In this document: positions 1 to 11,315 of the stretch, piece by piece
How positions within the stretch are numbered: position 1 is the stretch's first letter
Layout: each line of letters starts with the position of its first letter
Source of the DNA: Blasia pusilla
Taxonomy: Eukaryota
Length of the DNA: 64,000 bases
Direction of reading: 5' to 3'
Assembly (NCBI GenBank): GCA_050084515.1
Contig: CM114271.1
Location: 5,208,001-5,272,000 of the forward strand
Translations under genes and position numbers: made by a program
The notes under the pieces: model-generated
Told to the model about the DNA's origin: nothing
Databases searched by the model: none
What the model saw: the letters and a program-made list of their open reading frames with translations, nothing else

Positions 1-1740
1 ATGCTACACCTGACATAGAGGGTCGCTCCACCGCAACACCCTCATCCACCTCAAAGACGTGCAAGAATAACACCCCACGTTCACACAACGTGGCTGCTAG
101 CTGAAATACAAGAGCTAAGTCAACTCCTAAAGCCATCAGCTCCATGGCCGAAAACAATGGGGATCCCAATATTGAAGTTGCCATCCGCAATACTGCAATG
201 GATGCTGCATCCGTGTCTACTACACGTGATGTAGATGCCTCAGTCCCCACTGTCCGCTCAATAGGTTGCGTAGGAACCATGGATGGAGTCTTAAGCACCT
301 CAGACAATAAGAATGACTGGGGAAGCCTACCCTGCCTCCCAGCCTCACCCCTCTGTGGGTCCAACTCCACAGTAGCACCACTTGGCTCTGACGCTCGAGT
401 GGCTCCTCTCGTAACTACAGCTGATGCCTCAACGTGTGTTTCACTCGCCATATAAGAGAGATCATCCCCTCCATAAGAGGTGGAAGCCCCTGCTCCCGAA
501 CCTGATCTATGCTGGATACCAACCATAGTAGCCAACTTCTGCTCCAACTGCTCAATCCTGGCAGCCATAGCTAACTCTGTCGTAGTGGTAGGCTCTCCAA
601 CCACTGGTCCACCTCTACCACCCCTACCACCTCGGCCTCTCGGAGCTACTCCACTACGGCCGCGGCCTGATCTCAACTCTGGATGAAGATCAAAGCAACG
701 CTCTCGAGGATGACCTGGTCTCCCGCGATGATCACATTGAGTTGGGGCCGACTAAGGCCCATCCTCCAAAGTCCGTCTCCCATCCTCTTGGGGACAAAAC
801 TTCCTAACATGATCACCTCCACATGCGCAACATGACTGTCCTTGCTGCCGGGCAGCAAATGGAGGAAATAGTCTCTGCGCAAGTGTCCCTCTAGGACCTG
901 ACTGTGGTCGTGTGTACCCCCCACGACTCCCACTACTACTACCACCACCACTACTACGAGACTGTGAGGTGGGCTGCTGAACACGAGAAGTAGTGGTTGT
1001 ATCCCTACTGAATGCGGATGTCACCACTCTCTCCTTCACCATGTCAAGCTCAATCTTCTTAGATAGAGCAAACACATGGGTCAATGTGGGTGAATCATCA
1101 CTCATAAGAGTAGCATCACGTACCCTGCGGCGGAACTCTCTGTCCAAGATCCCATACCTAAACTGGTACCTCCATGGGTACCTCCACTGGTATCCCCACT
1201 CCGGCTTGTACTCGTACCACTCAACGTCGGACTGACTAGCATAGTAGGAGCACTACTACCAATACCACCATGGGTGATAGACACATAGCCTGGAGACCAA
1301 TATTGTCTCCATGCCTCAATCTCAGCAATATGGTCCTTCCTAAACTCATGGTAATCATCCATGGTTGGTCCCTCCAAGTGCTGAAACAACCCCTTCCAAG
1401 CCAACAAGGGTGTAAACAACGTGGCGTTCCGCAACATCTGCATATCACACCACGTATCAAACTCCTGCATGAAGTCCTCCAACTCAATGGTACCCACTGC
1501 ACCCGAGTATCGTCGTGGGCCCTTCGTGGCCCCATATATCCCGTCCATGTCCCAAATCAATGGAGCTGCAACACTCGATAATAACGTGGAAGACTCGGTG
1601 TTTGGAACACCCTCGTCCTCCTCTTCATCAACAATCGGAAGTGGAAAAGGTAGTGGATACCTAAATCCACTCCGTGTGAAACCACCACCGTCCGCACCAC
1701 GGTCCCCAACCAGACCATCCGACAGCTCCGTGATGACCAA
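1..1740 (-). pseudogene. gag region of element A (two zinc knuckles, RGG tract), interrupted by stops and a deletion
   Basis: ORFs 1102-1740 and 752-1147 (-): RYSGAVGTIELEDFMQEFDTWCD and CCACGGDHVRKFC, followed by a second CDH-GRPGH-C knuckle, matching gag of element C. Confidence 0.8.
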
Positions 1741-2344
1741 CGCCGATGCCGCACCACCACCAAATTACCACCACTAAGTAACCAAGTGACGTCGATGTCG
1801 CTATACTATTCTAGCTCTACTAGCTATTGGTGTAGGCAAGCTAACCTGTCATCACCACAAGAAGCCTCCCACGGTCTACTGGTCATCACTCCAGCCTCAC
1901 TACCGCTAGCACACAGGAGTAACACTACTCTGGAAATCAACGTCAACCCTAACAATGGGCGTGCAAGCAACACGCTTTAGATCGGGCGATCTAAAGCGTG
2001 TTGGAAAGCTCTCAGCAAGGTGCTTCTTTCCCAACCAACCACGCACCAGATTCACACCTCCAACATAGGCCACAAGCCACGAACATCCACGGCTGAGTAC
2101 ACAATCAGCCCTAACCAGATCCTACTGATCCACAATCGAAGCTACCATCGATCTACGTCAGTTCTTTGAGTGAAATCCGTGAAAGACCTACTGTCATAAA
2201 ACACGTATAGAATCACATACAATTGAGCCAAACCCACTCCACGATGGGAGAATCTAGGTTGAAGCTTGCGGGAAACACCATAACCAAGAGCTCTACTCAC
2301 TACCAAGGCTAACTCCCAACGCAACAGGCTCAACTCAAAGAACT
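1..2344 (-). mobile_element. Element A: 5' part of a DNMT-bearing Gypsy-like retrotransposon (subfamily 2, same as element C); runs off the left edge of the window
   Basis: Base 1 onward (atgctacacctgacatagagggtcgc) matches 54861 onward. Colinear with 54861-58490 apart from two internal deletions. Contains gag, the self-priming PBS (2159-2171) and a truncated repeat A (2172-2344). Confidence 0.93.
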
Positions 2345-5300
2345 AAGGCGATGGACCTTAACTGCTTGACATGGATCCTCAACTTGGGAGTGGCTCAACA
2401 GCGTTGTATGAGATCGCAACAGATCACAACGTTGTGTTGGTGAGCCCCATGCCTACCGAGACGGTGGAGGCAGTGGCTGGGGGCGACACCCGAGGAGATC
2501 TACACACCAGGAAACATTGGGAGAGACACCCTTGGACTTCTTGGGATGTTTTGCAGGTATGCCAGGAGATGATAGCCACAACATCAAGCGTGGTTTCGAG
2601 CACTCCACGTGGAGGAGATCAGAGTTTGCAGTTGGCTGTAGGAGAGCGGCCGAGTGTTGTTGTTCGAGACGGGGTGCACCATAGCAACCACCGATATCCG
2701 CGCCGGAGAGTCCTACCGTAGTCACGATGGAGACTTGGGAGCCAGATATGGGCCCTAAGTTGATAGGAGGAGAGCGGCGCCAAATACATTAGTTCCTCAG
2801 GAGTTATAGAAGCTGCTTTGTGTTTAACATGGAGGATTTGGGTACGTTGAAGGGACCGGGGATCCGCATTGAGTTGTCGAGTGATATGCCGATCTTCCGC
2901 CGACCCTACAGGTATAGTGATATGGAGAGGGCTCTGATTCAGAGTAGGAGCCAGGACTTGGTCAGAGCAGGACTAGTGGAGATGTTGCATGGGGCGTATG
3001 CATCTGCCACTATTATGCCCGCCAAGAAGGATATGCATGGCAAATGGACAGATAGGCAGATGTGTGGGGATTACCGACCTATCAATCGGCAGACGAAGTC
3101 CGATAGGTATGCCATGCCCACCCCTGAGGAGATCTTTGATGCAATTAGTCACGCAAAGGTCTTCAGTTCGTTGGATTTGCGGGTTGGATACCATCAGCTG
3201 CCTATCAGATTGGAGGATAGGCAGAAGATGGCATTTTGGGGCATTGATCCTCACGGGAAGGATTGTTTGTACCAATGGCGGTTCTTACCATTTGGGTTAA
3301 AGAACGCCCTGGATGAGTTTAAGAGGGTCATGGATAGGATCTTGGCAAGTCTAGATTTTGCTAGGTTTTATATTGATGTCATCGTAGTCTTTAGCGCCAC
3401 GATTGGGGAGCATGAGCGACATCTAGAGGAGGTGTTTCGACGATTGCAATTACATGGGCTGAAGCTACATTCAGGCAAGTGCAAGTTCTTCTACGACCAG
3501 ATTGAGAACATGGGTCATACGATATACCCATGGGGCCTTGGTGTTCAACACACAAAGGTAAAAGCTATCTCACGCATTCCACACCCTACAGATGTGAGCC
3601 GTGTTTGCGTATTCATGGGATTGGCGAACTTCTATCGACGATACGTCAAGGGATTCAGTTCGATTGCGAAGCCGCTGATCTTGCTGACCAAGGTGGATCA
3701 CGAGTGGCACAGGGGGGATGAGCAGGAGTGAGCATTTCAATTGCTCAAAGATAGGTTGACGTCCGCGCCCACTTGAGGAGACCGATCAGGGGGTGCCCTT
3801 TCCAATTGCACACAGATTGGAGCATGTTGGGGCTTGGAGCGGTGCTCACCCAGCATGATGATGAGGGTAGAGAGTTTGTGGTGGCTTACGCTAGCCGCTC
3901 GAACAACGCTGCAGAGGTGAAGTACAGCTCATATGAGGGTGAGTGCTTGGTTGCGGTGTGGGCTGTCACGCATTTCAGGTGTTACTTATTCGGCAACCCT
4001 TTTACCATCATCACTAATCATCAACCACTGAAGTGGTTGATGGAGTCCGACAAGCTTACAGGGAAGCTTGCGAGTGGGGCTCTGTTGTTGCAGGGGTATG
4101 ATTTTCACGTGGTTCATAGACCTGGGACGCTCAACTAGGATGCACATGGGTTGAGTCGTAACGCATACCCGAGTAATCGAGATGCGACTAGAGCTCGATG
4201 GCAGAGAGAGTGATGAGGAGTCGGTGCCAGGATGGCACGCGTCAGCCTATTTAGGCATGTTGGTGATGGAGAGCCAGAGTGTGGAGACTTCGATGGCGAG
4301 GTCTAGTGGAGAGTCTTTGGATCCCGAGGCCAGTGAGGACACGACAAGTAGCCGAGATATTCATGATGATGGAGTAATCTTGGAGTACCTTCGTACTGGG
4401 AGCGTTGCAAGCACCGTGGATGCTAGAGAGCGGGATCGAATCCTAGAGTGGCCCAGACGGTTCCGTTGGGAGGGGATAGATATTTTGAGGGTTTGGGAGG
4501 ATGGCAGAGTAGGCGTAGTGCCGCATCCTTTGCAGAGAGCACGACTAGTGCAGCATGCCCACGAGGAGGTGGGTCACTTTGGGGTGAAGCGGACGTACAG
4601 CTTGCTCTAGATTCAGTATTGTTGGCGAAGCATGCAGACTGGCGTTCAGCACTTTGTTGCCAGGTGCATGGTGTGTGATCGCGTCGAGCATCGTTCAATG
4701 CTCCGACTCCACAGTTGCATCCATTACCGATCATGGGCTTAGGATATAGATGATGTTTGGATTTTGCAGGATCTTTGCCTTTGACGGAGCGTCACAGTCG
4801 TTATGTGTTGGTGACGGTCGAGCACTTCTCGAAGTGAATCGAGTTGGTTGCATTTCCTGACAAAGCGAGTGAGGGAGTAGCTTATGCCTTCCTTGACAGA
4901 GTGTTGAGTCATTATGGCGCACTGGCTGAGGTGTTGACAGAACAGAGTACCGAGTTTCGCGGTGAGTTCCAAGCCTTGTGTGATCAGGCGCTAATCGACC
5001 ACCACACGACTTCGCGAGATCATCTCGAGGCGGATGGATTAGCGGAGAGAGTTGTGCAGACGGTGAAGAGGGGTTTACGCAAGTATGGCTTGCAGAGAGG
5101 TCACCTAGGAGATTGGGACCTCCAGTTTCCATGGTTGGCGAAGGGATATAGATTCAGAAGGCAGACATCCTTAGCGTCTTTTTCACCGTACTTGCTACTT
5201 TATTGCCGAGAGCCAGATTTACCTGCGGCCATTCGTCGAGATGCTGGTGAGGTGGTGGACCTTGATGACCCAGATGTATGGGTGCGAGCATATTCTCAGA

Positions 5301-5789
5301 GGGCTGAGTTATTTCGGAGAGTGATGCCCATGACGTTCGAGAACTTGGCGATTGCACAGCATCGGGATATGTTGAGGTATGCGACTATTCGGGGTGGTGG
5401 TTATCGACCAACTTTCCGGAGGTTTCATCAGGGAGATTATGTCTACTTGTAGCATACGGCACCGACGACGTTGGATGTGACTGCAGGGCGCACTATTCTG
5501 GGAGTGCGTGACATTTTTGCCATCGGGTGTTCTCTTGCTGGAGGGAATGATATGGAAGGACCATGTGCGTAATTGTGCACCATGTCACCTTCCTAATATT
5601 GATGGTACAGTAGATCCGAGCTTAGCAGCAGTTCCTGCAGGCTTGCGTTGTATGTTGTGTGGTTCTGCCCGTGGTGCGGCCATGATGCTAGTCTGTGATG
5701 GGTGTTCGAGAGAATGGCATATGGCATGTTTGACGCCACCTTTCACTAGGGTTTCTCAGGGATGATGGATGTGTCTCAGATGTCCATAG
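2345..5789 (+). pseudogene. pol of element B: DNMT tail, RT (~2820-3730), RNase H (~3773-4138), integrase (~4550-5620), PHD finger (5649-5783)
   Basis: RT: RQMCGDYRPIN, SSLDLRVGYHQL, FLPFGLKNA, FYIDVIVVFS. RNase H: FQLHTDWSMLGLGAVLTQ, YSSYEGECL. Integrase: HEEVGHFG, ADGLAERVVQTVK. PHD: CMLC...LVCDGC...WHMACLTPP...WMCLRC. Multiple stops and frameshifts. Confidence 0.92.
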
Positions 5790-5960
5790 AGTAGGTAGTT
5801 CTACATTCCGACTTGTGTTTGTGACATGGATGCCAAGAAGGCGACTAACGATGGGGCCACATGAGCACCCGGCCTTCTTACTCTTAGCGTCTGAGAGATG
5901 TATGTCATGGTAGGTAGGAATATATGGCTATCTGGAGTTAGAGGGACCTAACCACTAGTT

Positions 5961-5970
5961 AGGGGGGCGA
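5961..5970 (+). promoter_or_regulatory. Polypurine tract (AGGGGGGCGA) of element B
   Basis: Directly precedes repeat B1. The identical 10-mer precedes B1 of element C on the minus strand (49465-49474). Confidence 0.8.
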
Positions 5971-6740
5971 TTGGAGATATTTTGGTACTTCTTGTCTCGT
6001 TGTTTGGATGCCATGAGTTAGCATGGGATCATGCGTGTTTGTGTGTGTGTTCGGTGACAGCGATGTATGTTATGTAACGATGTGTATGCGCACGACAGCT
6101 GTCACGTCTTTTAGGATAGATCGGTGAGATCTAATAGAGCCCCTTCGTGAGTAGTAGAGGACACGCTCAACAAGTCGCGGATGACCTGCTGAAGCCCCGG
6201 AAAACCTGAGAGAGCAGGTTTCCCCTTCGTTTCGGCTCATTTGGAGCCATATTGAGGAACTTACTATTTTAGGTAAGTACCATTTTGAATATATGATCGA
6301 CTTTCTATTTTTGGTAAGTGGTCCTTGACCTCCTACATCAGGTCAAGAGCCAAGAAGGTGACTTGGGAGAATAGATTACCATGGAGAGAGCTTGGGAGAG
6401 GGAAGGGGTATACCTCAAGGAGAGAGAGCTTGAGAGCTCATTCTCTCTTTGTTGAACCTCTTGGCATGAGGCGGCGGAGCTATGGTACCTTGCCTTGTGA
6501 ATGTAACCCAAGCATCTCATTATGAGAGTGAATTTGATTTGACATGAGAGAGAGTGCACAACTTTGAGAGCTATGGTGTGAGATGGTGGAGAGAGAGATT
6601 GGATCTTACTTTATTGGAGATATTTTGGTACTTCTTGTCTCGTTGTTTGGATGCCATGAGTTAGCATGGGATCATGCGTGTTTGTGTATGTGTTTGATGA
6701 CAACGATGTATATTGTGTAGCGATGTGTATGCGCACGACA
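5971..6740 (+). repeat. Split terminal repeats of element B: B1 5971-6097, A2 6100-6613, B2 6614-6740
   Basis: B1 and B2 are 127-bp direct repeats (ttggagatattttgg...gcgcacgaca). A2 is homologous to 44660-45175, the 5' end of element D. Confidence 0.92.
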
Positions 6741-9700
6741 TAATCATAATGTATTACATGCTACATAGAGAGAGGTGGAGATATCATCTTCTTGGCATAA
6801 TGAGGGATACAATCCCCATCCTAAAATCAAAATGATAAAGTCGAAAGTGGGAATTATGATCCCTAAAACATTAGCTTTGATTCTATAAAAATGCCTTGTA
6901 TTGAGATTTAGTCAAAGACCAAGAGAAATCAAAACAATCACTACCAAAATATGGGAATATGAAGGCACAAGAGCATCGTTTCTATTAAATCCATTGCCGT
7001 AAGGATGGATTGAATTCTAATAAGATTTATGGAGAACTAATTCCTTTCCGACAACCTTGATTTCTTATCTTGCCCACCATCTTAGCATACAAATTGTTCT
7101 TTTCCAAATGACTCTTTTGTATCATGGGGCTGGAGATATTGTGAGGAAGGACAAAGTTGGAGACCAAAACCATTAAAAAGGGAACGAAGAGACCTAGAGA
7201 ATTCTTTCCCTACACAATTGGTTAATTCCCTAGTAGTTGTATAGGAAGACAACACAAATTTTGGAGTGAATCTAAAACACTCAAATTTTTTGGAGACTTC
7301 AAATTCCCACCAAACATATGAGGCACTCGGGCAATCCATCAAGCAACGTAACGAATGAATCAAATCAAATGTCCCACGCAACAATAATTTTTCAGGAGAG
7401 TAGAAGTTATCACGACTCAGAAGAGCCATTGAAGCCTTGGAGAACACCGGAACAAGCATCAAAATTTTCTAAGGAAACAAGAAGCTATCAAAATCTTCCA
7501 AGGAAACAAGAATCCAACCTCAATGATGAAATCCTCCTTAGGCCAAAATTATTAACTCCCTTGCACGCACCAAAATCTTGAACATAAAGTTAATTGATTC
7601 AACTTGAATTTGAGAGACGAGACGAGCCAACTGCCAAATGAACTAGTCCTTAAAGTAGTAGATTCCTTTCTCGGTGCATACGACAAACTTCAAAAATCCA
7701 TTGCGCAATGCAACCTCACAAATTTTATGCAAGGTATTTTAGTTCAACGAAAACATCCCCAAGGAAAATTCTTTCCGATTGGTTCCATGGCTAGCCTCCA
7801 AATTCTTCTCCCTTTCCAATACCACAGGGTTTGTCTTCGAGACGTATGAAAAGTCACAATTTAGTGGAATCTATATTACTATTGCAAAGTGCCCCCTTCA
7901 TTTTTCAAACACCTCTCTTGCGCATATATGACAATTTCAGCCGCTCATGTTTTGGCATGTATCCTTCATAATTTAGAGTAAATTATGAGATTAGTCAATT
8001 TATGGTTTGGTTTGGAGTCCGTTTGTAGATTTCAAAAAAAATCTCTACAATATGTGAAAAAATGAATAAGGACCGAGAGATCAAGCTTAACCCAAACAAA
8101 AGAAGTCTTTTTGGGGTTTTAAAGAGGAGAAAAAAATTTGAAAGGACCTTTTTTTTGGCTTCTCCCACACACAAAACTCAAGCAGAAACTTCCGACAACA
8201 ATTATGATGACCCTATCGAATAAAAAACCAAGGTGTTCATTTTTAGAAGATGTATTTTAGATATTTTTATGGAAAACCTTCTTTAATTTTTTAACACGTC
8301 TGATTTAAAGGCCACATTTGGATGGCAAGAAAAAAATCGGAGAATATCAAAATTTGTGACCATATGCATTTGGACTCTAAACGAAAGGAGTGGTGCAAGC
8401 GTTTACATCGGGGAGTGTTAGAGACGAGGGGCAGAAGAGGACTCACATGGAAACGAAACTAACATGGCTCTTGCAGTTTCATGCACCCAATATCTCCATA
8501 TGTGCGATCGGTGATGATGAATGATATGTGCGATCGGTGATGCTGAATGTCGGCAGTGTACTGGAAAAGTGATGAATCATTCTCCTGGTAGGAAGACGAT
8601 ATCGGTCTTGAGCGCGTTGGATTTCCCCCTCAACGATTGAATCCGCAGGAGACTTCTCCACTGACTTCGGTCGATTAAAGTCCGCCCTCGCACTTATCAT
8701 TTCGTTCCGACACCCTCACAGTCGAGATTGCAGCTTAGCCTTTTTGTGACTTCTACAGCGAAATTCGAGATCGGTGAGAATCTGATGCCATGTTCTTCGT
8801 CAATCTGGAAATGGGGCTGCTTCCATTGACGCACTGTAGTGAAGAGCGGCTTGCCATGTTCCCCGGAAAGCTGTCAATTACGCTGTTTCATTGACTCACG
8901 CACTCACTGTGCTACTGTAGGCGCTACCATGAAGGAGGGAAGGATCAGAGAAGAGCTATGGGATCATCATAGACCACTATCTCTCCAAGTTGGTGAAGCA
9001 ATCGAAACGATGCCTGACTTCTGCTGTAAGCAGGATTAGGATCGGAGATTGACTGTAAGAGCACATTGATCTGTTCTGCTGTCTAGATGTACCGGCCGAA
9101 ACTCTACTGGGGAGGACTCGCTAGAAAGGGAGGGTTCCAAGAAAGGGCAAACTTGAGGAAGGAAGAATCAAACCAAACAAATCCTAAGTGAGTGGAGCGT
9201 CTCTCATCACTAGTGGTCCAATTGCGATTCCCTCTGCCAATCCAATCAATGCCTCCCTCCTACCAGCTACGGGTGCATTGCAACCGCCGAAATTGAACTG
9301 CCGAGAACTTGCTAGAAAAGAACGATCCCAATATGAGGATCGAAATTCTGCCATTGATTACTAGCTAGAACGATACAGACGGGACACACTTGATGTGATT
9401 AAGAGGGGTGGATTTCTCATCTGCTGGTGAAGGTGGAGTAGAGAATATGTATGTGTCGTAGAAAGAAAACAACGACACGAACCATAACGTGTAAGTCTAG
9501 ACAAATGTGGTGGTTCAACTCGCTACCAATCCTCGGCGCGTAGCTTGACCTCAAAGATTTTATGCATGGATAGAGAAGAATCGGTCCGAGGTGATTGCAG
9601 GACACATGATGACGGAAGATACAAACTGGACAAGTTTACTTGTTCCCCGACACTAAGACGTGGTTTAGAGCGGAATGTTACTCATCACCACTCCCCCAGG

Positions 9701-11315
9701 TACGATCTCCTGAATCATAGAAACGATGCCTCTCTCGACAGCAATGTCCGAAATTCTACTTCTAAGGAATGGCCAGAAAATGAATGGCAAAAGGGACAAA
9801 CACAACACACATGACAAACCTGATCTTGTTCAGGTGAGGTAATTCTCGTCTGCTGGTGAATGTAGGTCTTCGAAAGGTGACAACGGACAGGAACAGATTC
9901 GTACCAGTCTTAAAACAGGGACAACGACAAATGCATCGGTATCTCCAGTCGGAACATCCTCCGATCCTAGTAGGCTGCAGAATGTACCCCATTGAAACGT
10001 GAGGCAGCCTCCGAAGTGAGGACAGAAATTGATACGTACAAATTTGGCAAATGTGGTGGTTAAAGCTCACGGATGTTGACTTAGAAAAAGACTTGCTGCC
10101 TACACAACCTCCCCGATGTACGAGCATACGATTACAAGGACGTAATCTTTTTCCTGTATTCTCTCTACGGCGTACATTAGAGAGGTGTGCACCTCCCTCC
10201 TTCTGGCTGCCGAGAAAGACGAAATAATTGAACAAGTTCATGGCACATCCACGGCAAAGAGAGTTGAACTGCAAGATCTGCAGCTGGAGTTGCGTGGACA
10301 GTAAAGCTACAGTACGTTCCTGAGTGACGATCACGCCGAGGGCAAAGCCGCAGGTGTCGTAACCTAAGCCCTGCGATCGGCACCAGAAAAGTGTCTGCAC
10401 ACACTGGTTTCTTGCAGGATGAGGATCGGGATGTGCAGATGGGACGATACGATAGTCTTCTTCTTCGTGTTCGCCATACCGATAGGGAAAGTCGGTCGGT
10501 ACAAGACAATCAATCCACCCTTCTACACCTTTGTGGCCTTCATTAATAACTAGCCCTCAGAAGGTGCTTGAAACCCTACCAAACCCCTACAGGATAGGGA
10601 GGGACGACCGTCGACTCGGCGACGTCGCGACGAGTGCTGAAATGAGAAGAGAGTACTCAGCAATTGTCAAGTACTAACCAGTACTAATCAATTCGAATCC
10701 CAGGCTCTCGTCGAGCCGTTGATACAACAACTTTCTCTCTCTCATTCAATCAATCACTTAAGACAGGTTTTCAATGCGAACAATAGAAATCGAGAGCAGA
10801 GAAGAGGAATCGTGCGCGGCCAGGACTGGCATGGGCCCAGTATGGTACGGTATTCGATCGGAAGTAAGAGCACAGCCAAGCGTAGTAAGACCTTGGAAAT
10901 GTGAGCTACTTCTTTTCGCACAGCACTGACTATCCGACATCATGGAACCAAAAGCTCCGGAAAAGAAAGCAGCCTCGAGCTCTTGTTGGACCGGCTTTGG
11001 TTGATAACTGCCTGCCATGGCAGACCCTTGCAGGCGAGTAGAGTTCGGCATCCACAGGAAGAGGGGAGCGAGAGAGATCCTTTACTGCTGATCCAGGAAA
11101 CGCAATGATTCGAACTACATTATCGTAATGGACTGGCTCGCGTGAGTTCTCGTAGTCTGTACGATGTCAATCCTACGGCGAGTAAGTGCGTCGACTATCC
11201 CAGCGCCTTCAACTACACAAGGGCTCCTCGTGATAGGAGCCATTTAAAGAGTGGGCCTGAAAAACAATGGACGGGAAGTGATAAATGAGCAGATTTTGTA
11301 GTGCCAACTAGTAAG

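Larger units (their letters stand above)
2345..6740 (+). mobile_element. Element B: 3' part of a DNMT-bearing Gypsy-like retrotransposon (subfamily 1, same as element D) with an intact B-A-B 3' terminus
   Basis: Begins in the DNMT C-terminal motif (AMDLNCLTWIL), then RT, RNase H, integrase, PHD, PPT and terminal repeats ending in ...gcgcacgaca at 6740. Confidence 0.93.

Noticed and set aside
8400-11200. Possible multi-exon gene on the minus strand
   Set aside because: Some splice-like signals are present, but no coherent frame or recognisable protein.
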